A DNA stretch of 64,000 bases from Lama guanicoe. Taxonomy: Eukaryota. Of this stretch, positions 48,685-61,400 are shown piece by piece. Made by a program: the position numbers and the translations under genes. The stretch lies in contig MU053557.1 in assembly GCA_013239625.1 (NCBI GenBank), forward strand, positions 2,262,123-2,326,122, written 5' to 3'. The notes below the pieces were generated by a model. The model was given only the letters and a program-made list of their open reading frames with translations, searched no databases and had not been told where the DNA came from. Within the stretch, counting starts at the first letter, position 1, and each line of letters opens with the position of its first letter.

Positions 48685-49337
48685 TGCTTTATTTTTCAAC
48701 CCGAACCGCAATACTTTTCTTTCCTGGAGGCCAAGGAATACTAGCCTTGTAAAGGATTTAAAAGTGAGAACCCAGAAGGGCTGGGCTGTCACTTCTGGCA
48801 GGTCAGTTTCCAGGCCATCTTCTCTCTTTGCTTGTCTTCCCCGACTGCCTCACCTTCTTACCCAGCTCTCCCTGAACCTCAGGGTTTCCAGGCACTTCCT
48901 CCACGCTTCCCCGCATTCAAATCTGTCAGCGTCTGTTTGCTTAACTTGACCCACATCACAAATTTTGAAGCCTGACTGATGGAATAGCCCCCAATACCTC
49001 CACCCATTGGCTGAAAGATCCTGATGCCAGCTTCTTAACTTCTTTGAATCTCCGTTGCTTGTCTGCAGGATGAAGATGCTAATGCTTACAACAAGGGTAT
49101 TGTCAGGACTACCTAAGATTGTTTATTTAAAGCAACTGGTAGTACTTGTCTCTTAGTAGGAAACATTCTTATTTTAAAAGATTCAAACGGCTAGATAGGA
49201 GGTGAGAAGAGAGATACAAAGAGAGAAGAAAGTGTTCCTTACTGGGACAGAGTCCGTTGGGGCTTCTTCAGAGTTACTTCAGAAATTCATTTGGAACTAT
49301 CACCCAAAAGGTTTCTCACTCCACGGTGTATCTCGGC

Positions 49338-49338
<1 letters not shown>

Positions 49339-49373
<35 letters not shown>

Positions 49374-49395
49374 ACGCGCGCGCCCGCGCGTGTGT
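49339..49395. repeat. (TG)17-CA-(CG)n alternating purine-pyrimidine tract
   Basis: Read directly. Confidence 0.95.
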
Positions 49396-49599
49396 TGGGG
49401 TGGGGATGGGGAGTTGCTAATAAGATACCTGCCGCAAAGATCCTAGCCTAATGCCTGTACACAGTAGGTGCTCAACATATGCCGGTTTCTTTCTGTCTCT
49501 TTCACACAGTCTGAAAGGGGTGGACAATCTTATTTGTGAGCCACAGAAACACCTTCACGATTTAAAAATTAATGTTCCAAGTCCAGGAGTCGTCTGTAC

Positions 49600-50560
49600 G
49601 TTTCCCCACTGCGTCTTCAAAGAACTCTGGGTCATCACCTCCAGCCTGAAATTCGGAGCAGAGTGGGTCTCCCCTTCGCGCGGTGCGCCCCCCTACTGCA
49701 AAAGCAAACCTGAGGATCGCCCCCAGCCCTTGAGTCTCAGCCCCTCGCCCCCGCCTTGCGCAGCAGCCCCAGCGATTCCTCTACCTCCCTCTCCATCGGG
49801 TGTCCTTTAATAATAAATGCCCTTATGCCATTACATTATATTGTGGGTTTTGAAAATTTAAAATACGGCTGATGCAATATTAATTGCCTATAGTGGTATA
49901 AAACACAGGGCCGGAGCCCAGCCGAGCTACAGAGGAGGCGGCCGTGAGCGCCCCGCGCCGAAACGAAGCGCTCCAGACAGACGCGCCTTTGCGGCCTGAG
50001 AGGCTTCCTGCAGGTAAGAGCCTTTGGCTTTTCTGGCCCGGGAAAGAACCTGATATCCGCCTCTATCTCCTTTTCGAAAAGTTCCCTGCTGTTATATATT
50101 TGTTTATTTATTTGTTTGTCTTATTAATAACCTCAAAAGTTTGGGAGACTTTTTTTTTTTTTTGGAGAGGTTAAGATGAGTCGCCTGAATGCAAGGCCTG
50201 CGTCAGAACCGGTCCCGCCGGGTTGTAAGTGGGCCCCGCGCCTCTGTGCCTCATCCGCTTCAGGCGCCTAGAACCTTCAGGGCCCACGAGTATTTTGACC
50301 AGTTTCTACCTGCGGGCGGGAGCTGCGCCCAGTCCATGACGCGCCCCACCCTCTCCCACCCTCTGAGTGCGCCGGGCCGGCGCCGCTGCCTCTCTCCTTG
50401 TGCTAGCTCAGGAAGCAACGGGAGCTGTGGTTTCTCCGGAATTGTGCAGTCGCCTCGGCTACTAGTCGGTGGAGGCACAGACCTCTGGAGGTTGGGGCAC
50501 GGGGCGGGGGCTGGGTACTGGCCGGTTTGGGGTTCACACAGGCCTGGTTTGCATCCTCGT
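49600..50560. promoter_or_regulatory. Downstream CpG island with an embedded AT-rich core (49805-49905)
   Basis: High CpG density flanking an AT-rich ~100-bp block that contains TATAAAA. Confidence 0.6.
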
Positions 50561-51499
50561 GGGTCATTTCCCAACCACATGACCTTGGGCACGTCACATC
50601 ATTGCTCTAAGCATCCTCTGTTGGCTGTAAAACCTCACAAAAATTATTTTGAAGAGTAATTGACAAGCACTCTGGAGCAACTTTTCTTTTCCCAAGTCCC
50701 ACCTACTTAAAACATTTACTGTCTGAGGCCCAGCTGGGAGTTTCTTTGAACTGTGCCAAGAGACTGCTAGGCCAATGTTAGGGCTGTTTGTGTGGAAAGC
50801 TGCATTGGGCCTCTCATGGTGGGACTTTGAGAGTCATCTGTGGACCAGGGGTAAGACTTCTAGGCACTTGCTTGGCTGCAACCACGGGCATGACAGGGAA
50901 TGAGCCAGGCATTCACAAGCCAACATGACTGAAGCCCTGGCAGGCTGAACTTAGAGGCAGGAATCCTGGGCTTCTGGGCCCAGGCTGTGTGATCTCCGGC
51001 CGGGAGCTTCCTCTATCTGTGACTAAGGTAGTGTGAGTTTTGTCTGTTTCATGCCCAATGCCAGCTCAGGGTCTGGCCCAAAATGACAGACAATAGATAT
51101 CTGTTCAATGAATGAATGAATGAATGAGGTTTTGTTTTGTAAGATGAAAGAACCCCTTCTAACTCAATCCTCTCTGGATTCTGGGGACTGTAGGGAGAAA
51201 CAGAAACCATCAAGAATAGAAAAGTCTCCCTGGGAATAGGGTCAGGGCCAAGGTTGTCTGCATTTCAAGCTGCCATTCAAAGGCAGCCAGTTTCCTTAGT
51301 GTTTAAGTTAGAAGAGGCCTTGCCTCACTTTGTGGTGATTGTGGGTACAGAGGGGGGACTCTGTGACATGGGCCCTTGGAGCTTGAAGAGGAATCCAAGG
51401 ATTGGGTGTGAACTCTGGCCTGCTGAATGTACCTGACCCTCTCTTGGCCCGACTTTGAGCCTGGGTTATTTTATTTTCCTGCTGAGATGGTAACAACTC

Positions 51500-51685
51500 C
51501 AGCTCTGGAGTGAACAAACCTGGGGGTGGAATGCCTACTCTACCTCTTACTTGAGTAAATTTACCAAACTGAGCCTCCATGCCTTCATCTGTAAAACTGG
51601 GGGAAAAAGACTCTCAGGATTGCTTTCATAAGTAAGTGAAATCACATAAACCCAGGGCCTGACACATAGTAGGCATTCATGGATA
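51500..51685 (+). mobile_element. MIR SINE fragment
   Basis: gctctggagtgaacaaacctggg...gagcctccatgccttcatctgtaaaactgggg...cctgacacatagtaggca. Confidence 0.65.
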
Positions 51686-52464
51686 CTTACTCTCTTTAAA
51701 ACAGTATTTATACTCAGAAAAGTGAGAGAATATGTTGCAAGGGCAAATTTCAGAGTTTGGAGTCAGGCAGGATCAACATTTTCCCTCTGTAAGCTTCAGT
51801 CTATTCATATATAAAATGAGAGTAGTGAGAGATGTGGTTGTCAGAGGCAAGCTAGAAAGCTTAAAAGAAACCCTTTTGCACACTGTGAACTCCAGCTATG
51901 GCGTTCTTTCCAGGAGTCCATGGTGCAAATAAATAGTTCCCTCTAAGAGGCTTGACCCTCATGGGCAGTTTCTTGGACTTAAGCCTTCCTCCTCTGTACA
52001 ATCCTGGCAAGCATCAACTGTCAGTGAGGATTCAAGACTCAGCGCAACGCTCCCTCCAGAGGGGCAGGGCTCCAGTGGGCAGAGGAGGAGCAGGGGATAG
52101 GGTCACTGGCCCTTTCTCCCCAGCCTTTCTCCCACCTTTGGGCCCTGGCGCTTGGATGCATCAACCTGGACACAGAGCGTCTGTTTTCACTGAAGGAGAG
52201 ACTGAGGCCCAGAGAAGGGCGGAGGGACTTAGCTGACTCCTACCTTAAATTGTTTTTTCCCCAGTCACGCTATCAAACTACTCTGTTAAATTTCTTTCTT
52301 CGTCCCGTATTACTGCTTGATAGCACCCTGTTAATTTATTCAGCAGTGAAATCACTTGGGGCGAGCAAGCACCACGTCTGCTCAGTTCCCACTGCCTCCC
52401 TGGATCGAGCTCAGGGCGGCGCAGAGTGAGCGCTCCACAAATGTTTGTCGGATAAATGAGTAAT

Positions 52465-52660
52465 TATATCTGATACGTACTCAAGGCTTCCTGTATGTCA
52501 GGTACTCTTCCAAGCACTTTATGGGCAATAATTCATTAATCCTTAAAAAAAACATCATGAATAGATTCCATTTTTAACCCCATTTTACGGATGAGAACTT
52601 GGAGGCAAAAAGTGTTTATGTTACTTGCCCAGGGCAAGTCGTGAACACAGCAGTTTGGTA
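52465..52660 (-). mobile_element. MIR SINE fragment
   Basis: ccccattttacggatgagaacttggaggc...ttacttgcccaggg. Confidence 0.7.
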
Positions 52661-52689
52661 GAGACAGCTGGCAAACCTGCCCCCCCCCC

Positions 52690-53450
52690 GCCCCCCGCTT
52701 CTTCGTCTCACTCATGCCCAAGTGAGACCTGACTTTGGCAGGTGGCAGCGACGGGGACCGCCAGGGATGGAGGTGGAGCAGACGCGTCAGATTTGGCTGG
52801 AGACTAAGGCGGGCAGAGAAGGTGGTGAAAGCTGAGGAGGCGCGCTGGCCTCGCGGAGATGCTGGGCGCTCCGCCTCTGCGGGTCTTCCCCTCGCCTTTC
52901 CACGCTGCCTCTCAGTTCCATGTTCCTTTCTGTGTTCGTTTACTTGTTTCCCAAACAACCCACTCTCAGCTTCCCTCCAGCCTTCAAGTGCGAAAGTCTG
53001 ACCCTAAAGTGCAGGAAAGGGGGTGGGCCGAGTCCCCGGGGCGCGCAGAGAGCCCTCTTCCCCTCTTTCCTCTCTTCCGTCCAGCGGCGGGAGCCCCCGG
53101 CGGTAACCCCGCCTGGCCGGCAGACGGAGCCGGTGAAGACCCCGGCGGAAGAATTAGTCTCCCCTTCGATCGCTCTTTTCCGATCAGGTCAGGTTTCCCT
53201 CCGCCCCGCGACGGCGCTTCCGCCCCCGCCCGGCTCCCTGGGCTCCCCCATCGGGTCAGGGTTCGCTCGGCTCCGCCTGTCGCCTCCGGAGGGGGCTTCC
53301 CCTCTGCTGTGTTCCGGCCCGGGAGCCCCCTGGACTTCGGGAGGAGCCTCTGGGAGAGAGGGATGGGCGGCTGGTCCCAGGCTCCTCCTGCGGAGTGCCC
53401 TCCCCTTCTCCGTTGCCTCCGATCTTCAGCGCTTGGAGTACTTGTCCCCA
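52690..53450. promoter_or_regulatory. Second downstream CpG island
   Basis: GC/CpG-rich; the overlapping Pro/Gly/Arg-rich ORFs have no recognisable domains. Confidence 0.65.
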
Positions 53451-53854
53451 TAAAAGGACAGTTCACTGCTCCGTCCTTCGACCCAGTCCTGCCCAGTCCG
53501 GCACTAGAGGAAAACAGGTACCGAAATAGCACTGTCTCTTTTGAGTTTTAGAATTTCACGCACACACAAATCCTACTGTTCATCCTGGGACAATCAGAAT
53601 TTCATTGGACTTCTTAATACATATTTAGGATTTAATATTGATTTTATTTTGAATTACATAGAGAGGGGGAACCACCATAATCTCAAGAGCTCTCTGCCCA
53701 AATCCCACTCCCAACGCTAGTATCTCTTTCCTCTATTCACAAACCCCCTTCGTCGTCCGTCCGTGGCCCCTCCCCTCATCAGCCCAGCTCCCAGACCCAA
53801 CATCCCTGCCCGCAGCAGAGCCCCCCACCCCCGTGCCTGGGGCTTTGCCAGGCG

Positions 53855-54150
53855 GCTCACCTCTTGACAGATACGGTTCATGTCCAGCCCTCATAAATCA
53901 AGACCATAAAAAGCTTACTTTCATATGCACTCAATTTCTACCAAACCTAAACTAATTGCATAAATTCCTTTAGGCCACTCAGAGCTGCTCTCTGGGTTGG
54001 GATCTGATCAATTAGTCATTAGGCACTCCATTAGCTGGGGTTTAAGCTGCCTCATATAAATGTCTCCTGTCAATTTGCTTGTAATTGAATGAATAAAAAG
54101 GGTACGATTATCAGCACAGAGGATCAGAATGAGGAGAGGTCAATTTTATT
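53855..54150. promoter_or_regulatory. Candidate 3' enhancer of POU4F3 (MEIS, PBX-HOX and POU-type motifs)
   Basis: TGACAG 53865, TCATAAATCA 53891-53900, CCATAAAA 53904, TAATTGCATAAAT 53953, CTGTCA 54067. Motif-based only. Confidence 0.45.
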
Positions 54151-56715
54151 CAAATATTCTAAAAATGTCTTAATCTAATAATAATAATAATAATAAAACA
54201 ATGATTGGAAGGCATTTAGACACCAGCTCCTCCAAGAGTCTCTGTCCATGTTGAGGAAAGCTCTAGCCTGAGACACAGCATCCTGGGTGGGTATCCCTGC
54301 CCTGCCACCTTGGGAAACTAGTCTCTCCCACCCCCATGGCTTCAATTTCTTTACGTGTAAAAGGAATTGGTTAGACGTGATTTTCTTTTTTAAAAAATTA
54401 GTTTTATATTTTGTCAAAGCAATTTAGGCCCATAGTTACAAAATTGACTACAGAAGGGCAATATGACCAACCCCTTCCGCCACCCATTTTGAGCTCTTTC
54501 TTCTAGCAGTTAATTATGTCTAAATAATATGTTTTGGGTACTATTTCTATTTAAAATTCAATGTTTATTTGAATATTAAGGTTATTAGAAATATTAAGAT
54601 TTTGATTAAATAATACATGATTCAAATTCAAGAGAATTAGAAGATTTGCAGTGAAAAGGCTTTCTCCCACCCTTGACTCAAGGTACCTGGTTCCATATGT
54701 TGAAGGCAAATAACCTCAATTTCTTATGTATGTTCTGGAGATGTTATATTGGGTGCCATTTCATGATTTGTCATTATTAGTCATTGTGCATTAACTTCTT
54801 GCTATGATATCAGGAACTAGAGGTATAATAATCTTGAATAATCTCCCACACTGAATGTGCTAGGAAGTTTTATATAAAATCAATAATTTAAAAATGTGAA
54901 CTGATGGCAGTTGAAAATTCTGATTCTTTTTTTTTTTAACCAAAAATTATTTCGGAGGTATTAATACCATGAATGTATAAAAACTGCCTACTCACAAAGA
55001 TAAGGAGAGTTTATAGGTTGATTTGAGTTCTATCCTGCCTCCTTCCAAACAGCATTTCAAGCAGCCTATCTGGGAAAGATGTTGATGACATCATTTAATA
55101 ATCCACTTAAGACTGGAGATTGTGCACCAGACTGCAGAAACTCCAGCTGAGCTCCCACATGTGAGGGAGCCAACAGCCTCTGGGACATAAATTCTATCTT
55201 GACAGAAGTTCAAGGTGGTGGTCTTGATCAGCTGCTGGGGCATGTAGAGGAAGCCATTGTTCTCGGGGAAGGATTGATTTGTATTGAGCCCTGCATATTC
55301 TCTCAGTGAATTCCTCTTGTGAAAAGTGTGGACTGGAAGAGAGTTAACTGGGTGATTGAAACTATCTGGTTAGTATACAGAGCATGGGCCACATGGTACC
55401 TGGAAGGCCCACAAAGACATCTGGATTCCAGGCCTTACTCTGTTCTATGTGATCTTGGCAACTCTATACTTTTCTCAGTTTCCACTTGAGGAAATTGACC
55501 TAGATAGTAGTTCAGTTTTGGTGAGGGTTCATGGACTTTCTTGAGAATCTGAGGAAAAATGGTTTCCCTAGCCCAGAAAAAAAAAAAGCACACATCTGTG
55601 CACTCAAAAGTTTTACTGACTTCTTGACGTTCAACTGTGGATCCCCTGGGTTCAACTCATGAGTTTATAGGTCCAAGGTTAAGACCACCTGGACTAGGTG
55701 ATCTAAAGGGTTTTCTTTATGTGACCATCTGAATTTATGGTCAAATACCCGTAAATACTGAAACCAGTTTATCGAATTGGGAGGGAAGGCAAAAATAAAG
55801 TGTCATTTAGACTATGAGCCAACTGTCAGTAAAGACTCCAAATGGCTTTGACAAAATTATTTTTCAGATCAATAGCTAGTCTCCCAAGAGGTAGTGTGGT
55901 AGGATGAAAAAAGTACTACATTCGGCATCAAGATCTAGGTGTTTGTTTTTTTTTTTAAATCAGCCTTCCAACAACAGAATTTGAGTTGGGAACTTCCCTG
56001 TTCTGGCCCACTCTTTTCTTATCACTAACATGAGAAGAGCAGACCACCTGACTTCTGAAGCTGCTAGCTGTAACTTATTTGAGCTTATAGTCAAATAAGT
56101 TACATGGGCTTGACTTATATTTGCTATTTGTTCTGGCTTATTTTATTTCTCTATTTTGTTTTCAGAAGGATAAGTGTACAAAGTGGAGCTGGAAGAAAGG
56201 TTAGTTCCCAATTCCTGGGTTCCCAGCACTGAAGCTTCTAAATCCATGTGGCAGAAACATCACACTCACCTCCCAATGGAAAAATAAAAACACCAATGGT
56301 CTGTACATTTACAATTTAAAGGTAGGGTGGGAGTAGGAGGCAGGATGAAATTAAAACATTTTGTTAGATGAAATAGTTCTGGCTCAGCCAAGCCGATTCA
56401 TCAGCAGGTCTGGGGAGACTCAACCCAGTGGGGAGCAGAAGGCAGTTGTTGTGGGCTGGGCAGGGCACCTAAGCCTGGCTGGAATCCACAGATAAGAGAA
56501 TGCTGACCAGGGCTCCTGTTCTCTGCTCTTGGATCTTCATTATTCTGTCCTTCTGACTTGAGATAATGCTTGCAGCTGTGAGTTCATTCAGCTTTTGAGG
56601 GTCTGTGTTACTGTTCACATTGCTCAGGTGAAATGATGAGAACGTGGACCACCTTCAACTCTTCTGCTTCCAACTTACCAGAATTTCGCCTGTCTATTTT
56701 ATAGTTTTCCCCTGC

Positions 56716-57015
56716 CCCAGTTGTATTGAACAGTAATTGGCATATAACATTGTGTAAGTTTAAGGTGTGCTCCATAATGGTGTGATATTTGTATATATTG
56801 TAAAATGATTACCACAGTAAGATTAGTTAATATGCATCACCTTACATAGTTGCAACATTTTTTCTTTGCGGTAAGAACTTTTAAGATCTATGGTCTTAGC
56901 AACTTTTAAATATTCAATATAGTATCATTAACTATAGTCATCAAGTTGTACATTACATCCCAGAACTTAATCTTATAACTGCAAGTTTGCACCCTTTGAC
57001 TGTCCCCTAATTCCC
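56716..57015 (-). mobile_element. Old L1 3' end (L1MA9-like)
   Basis: aacattgtgtaagtttaaggtgt...atattgtaaaatgattaccacagtaag...aagatcta...cttagcaactt...gtacattacatcccagaactta. Confidence 0.75.
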
Positions 57016-57805
57016 CTGTTCTATAGCTTTTACTTTTTGAGTTTTTCACTGATAATATTTTACTGTTCCTTATGGCTTTGTGTAGTATGGTTCTATGCTT
57101 CTACTAATGCTATTAGGTCATTGAGGGGAAGGTTTGTATTTCTTGTCTGTTGCAGTGGGGATTTTCCATCACCAAAAAGTTTTAATAATATTTACTCAGA
57201 TGCTTTGTATTGTCACTGTTAGACACGTGGAATCCTAGAATGTGAGCCGTGATGAGTCTTGGAGAGCCACTGGCTGCAGAATATGATGTAGTTCTAGGGG
57301 CCCAGGAATCTATATTTTTTACCATCTCTACATGTGTCTCTGACTATTTGCCCAAATTTAGGAAGATGTTTCTTCCGTTTTTTTTCCCTCACCAAAGTGC
57401 CCCCGATTCTGGAGTTTGGATATATAGCTTGAAACACAAAATTTCCTTCAATTCTTATTTCATTATAGGTTGTATGGATTTTGCATTCTGTTCACAACAC
57501 ATCTGTCTGTTTTGCCCTCCCCACCATTGCTATGTTAGTTTACTTATCATGAAGTAAATTGTTGCAACACCCAGAACCTTTGGCTACAACCACACCCTGC
57601 ACACTGATATGCAGCCTAATTTGACAGTAAATTCTAGTACAACCTCTTTATTGTACGGCAAAAATGAGACTTAATAGCAATTTAAGAAATACATAGTGTA
57701 AAACATATTTAGTACATAATAGTTAAAAAAAGCAGCATCACTACTGATCACTTTAGAATAATAGGTGTTTAACAGATATTTGACGCTAAATCTATGAATG
57801 AGCAC

Positions 57806-58070
57806 TTTTTAAAATAATTTTTATTGAAGTATAGTCAGTTTACAATGTTGTGTCAATTTCTGATGTACAGCACAGTGCTTCAGTCACAATACCTCAGTTA
57901 TATAGGAACATACATATATTCGTTTTCATATTCTTTTTCACCATAAGTTACGACAAGATACTGAATGTAGCTCCCTGTGCTACACAGTATAAACTTTTTG
58001 TTTATCTATTTTATATGCAGTAGTTAGTATCCACAAATCTTGAACTCCCAATTTATTCCTTCCTACCCCC
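57806..58070 (-). mobile_element. 5'-truncated L1 3'-UTR copy
   Basis: ttttattgaagtatagtcagtttacaatgttgtgtcaatttctg...ccctgtgctacacagtat, same family as 12631, 18423 and 30732. Confidence 0.88.
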
Positions 58071-59649
58071 AGCAATTGTTACTTATTATCCTTCTGACCA
58101 CGCTTCTAACCCCCAAAGGAGACAGAAGGAAAGGATGAAATTTTAAGGTGTGGAGTGTTCCTGTATTCATGGTTCTGCTCCTTCTAAGATGTATTACAAA
58201 CCTAGGTAAGTCCGTATTTTATAAGTGTCCAAGATCACACAGCTAATAAATGACAGAACCTAGGAGTAAAGCCCAGGATTGTCTGCCTCTAGAGCTGTGC
58301 TCTTTGTGCTGTGCTGTGCTTGCTCCTGTAGGAGATGATGGACTTGTGTTTTTAAGGTAAAATCTGAAGGACTTCTACATGAAAGAGGTCTTACTCTTGT
58401 TCTCTGGGGCCACAAGAGCTACTAAATAGGAAGTGAACGTCACAGAGAGGAAAAAAATGTCAGTTTCATACAAAGAAGACGACTAGCAGTCAACATGGTC
58501 TAAGGAGTGGGCTGTACCATGAGTGTCTGTCTTGAAGGATCCAAACGGAGATTTTAGTGAGTGACACTAGAGGCAGCTCTGCAGTATCAGATGTGTGATT
58601 GGAAGAGATGACATCTCATTCCAACCATTGGTGATGGTTCATCCCTAGATACCTCCAGTGAAAAAGATAAAGGAACTATCTCATTTTTTAAAAATGTACA
58701 ACTCTCCTAGAGGAGCATGGGAAACAAATTATTATTTTTAAATATTTATTCTTTGCATTTACCTTTTGGAATACCAGGATATACTTGAAACCAATAAAAA
58801 TTAAAACATCAGGCTCTGCTCGCTTATCAATTTCGTGTATTAGAAGAATTCAGCAACACTTTGCCGTCTGAGTGTGAGTGTAGGGAGTCACCAGAGACTT
58901 AAGGGGAGGATGGGAAAAGTTATATGTGTCCATAGTTCCAAGACTCAGGGAGTTTTGTAAGGCTCGGTTTGGCGAAGAACTTTCCTCCAGGCATCCTCCC
59001 CTCATGCCCCGATTCCCCGGAGCAGTCACGTTCATCCCTCTGAGCTGGTTCTATTGCTGTTGACCTCACTCTTTTCCAATATCATGTCTGTGTTGCTAAC
59101 CCTTGATTGTTTGGTTCCTTGGAGTGAGAGGAGGATTTAGCTCTGTCTCATTCCCTACCCTAATTCCCACCCCTGTCACCTTTCCAGTATAGTTACAGCT
59201 TAATTCTGAGTAGATCAGTATTCAGTGTTCATTTGTTTTATTTCTCAAACAACATTTACTGCTGAGCCACGTCAGACACTATAGTTACTTTCCATTCTTG
59301 CACAATATTTAATTTTTTCGGCATTAATAACGATTGCTTTTAACTCTCTTTTGTTTTCTGTGTTTATTATTAATGAACCTCAGACTCTTCCCATTTATGC
59401 AAATCTCCTCTCAAAACTTCCCAACACATAAAGTGTTCTGTCAGTTTAATCTGCTTGAAGAAGACTCTGCTGGGGTCTCTGGCCCGCTACAGGATGAGCT
59501 AGTTGCCCTCTACAGGTCTGCTGACAGCTGTCAGCCTAGGATCCCCCTTCACCATCATCCTAGAGATTCCTTTTTGGGTTGAATCCTCTGTTTCCCAGAA
59601 TGTATATCGTCTCTTTAGGTTTAAGCCCCATTTAGGTGGTAGGCATGCT

Positions 59650-61400
59650 CCCTGAGAAACGGTACAGTGGAGACAGGTTTCTTTTTTCCCCAAAACCATT
59701 AGGTCTAAAAATGTCTTTATCCTCTTCTCACACTGAAATGATTATTTCACCAGATATAGAATTCTAGGTTAAGATTAATTTTCCTGAAGCATTTTAAAGA
59801 GATTTCTCTGTCGCCTTCTAGTATTTGGTGTTACTATTGAAGGGTTCAAGGCCATTTACGTTTTTGATTTTGGTAGGAAACCTGTTTTATCTCTGGAAGG
59901 TTAGAGAGCATATTCTTTTTTGTATTCTGCTGAGTAATTTTCAATCTTAACACTCACAACTTTTATTCTGGGAAATGTTCTTGCACTGTTTCTTTGAAGT
60001 TTTCTGTTTTTTTTTTTTCTTCATATTTCCATCCCTCTGAAATGCCTCTTATTTTGTTATTGGACCATCTGATTCCCTTATTTATTTATCATTTCTCTAC
60101 AATTTTTCTCTTTGTTTTTGTTCTTTTGTGTGATGTTTTCCTAAATTTTATATTTCAGCCTTTCTCCTGAGTTTTTCATTTCTCCTTTCACTAAAAATAT
60201 CTAACTGATCTTTTTGTTCTTTACAGAAAAAACATATTTTTCTTCGTGGATGCTGTCTTTTTAATTATAGCTCTGAGTTATACTCAGTTACATTGCTAAT
60301 ATTACTGGTAGGTTCTCTTTAATTTCTTCTTCCTTCGGAGTCTGTTTCCTCCAAAGTGCTTTTATTTAAAAAAATCATTTTTTATTTTTAAATTTTTTGC
60401 AGGGGGAGGTAACTAGGTTCACTTGTTTATTTTTTTTCCTAGAGGTACTGGGAATTGAACCCAGGACCTCAGGCATGCTAGGCATGCTAGTCATGCGCTC
60501 TGCCACGTAAACTATACCCTTCCCAACAAAGTGCTTTTATTTTTTGTTGTCTGTTCTGGTCTCTGCGCCTTGTGTTAGATATTGTTTAGTTAGCTGGGTA
60601 AAAACCTGGGATCTTTGCACACCTGAGTTGGCCTTGTTTACTCTGGTTTTCTATCTAGAGTGAGCCGGCTGGGCCATTTCCTTGGGATCTTGGGGTTGTC
60701 TAATGGCAGATTTTTTTTTTCTCTTTTTTGGGCTGGCTTGTCCTCTTGATTTCCTGTTTAGAGGATATGTGTCTGGCAGCTGATATTCAAGGTGCTGAGG
60801 AGGGGGGAAGGAATGGGATTTTCAACATTCAGAATGTAAAATTTTACTGAATTTCGCTCTTTTCAATATGGCTTTCCACCCTTAGCTATAATTGGTGTCT
60901 CAGATACAATGACTTAAAAAACACTTTTTTTTCTAGTAAATAAACTACTGGTGTTCTGCCAGGTTTGGGTGAGGCAGCTGCCCGCCTGTGCCATGTGGGT
61001 GAGGTAATCTGAGGGTCTAACCACTACTTTAAACAAACCCTCTTAAACAAACCAACCCATCCATTCGCAGCTTCATCTTAATTCCCACTTCCAGAGATTT
61101 GTGGTCCTGTCACTTCCAAAGACTTGTAGGACTTTCCCAAGTCTTTTAGGATTGCTATGCATTTCAGGTTGCTTTTCAGCTTTTCAGCTTTTCTCACTGC
61201 TGACTTAGGATTCAGCTTTTTCCAGTCTATTAGGTCAGTTAACCTCTGATGTATTTGCTTTCCTGTGTCTATTTTTTTTTTTGCCATTGTCTCCTTTCTC
61301 ATCTCTTCATCCCTGTAGGTGTATGCTTTAAATATTATTTACTTATCATTTTAAGGTGAGGTTTTGGGAGAGAGTGCAACTGATGTATGTGTCCAATCTC
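59650..61400 (-). mobile_element. Ancient L1M/HAL1-like ORF1-region relic, interrupted by a SINE
   Basis: gatatagaattctaggt...ttttcctgaagcattttaaaga...ccttctagtatttggtgttactattgaag; strongly T-rich plus strand. Confidence 0.5.
60368..60526 (-). mobile_element. tRNA-derived SINE with a perfect 16-bp TSD
   Basis: gaggtactgggaattgaacccaggacctc (B box, reverse), ggggaggtaactagg tail; TSD caaagtgcttttattt at 60352-60367 and 60527-60542; internal 9-bp duplication aggcatgct. Confidence 0.9.

Noticed and set aside
52859..53551. Overlapping 177-230-aa ORFs
   Set aside because: Pro/Gly/Arg-rich CpG-island artefacts, open in several frames and on both strands.
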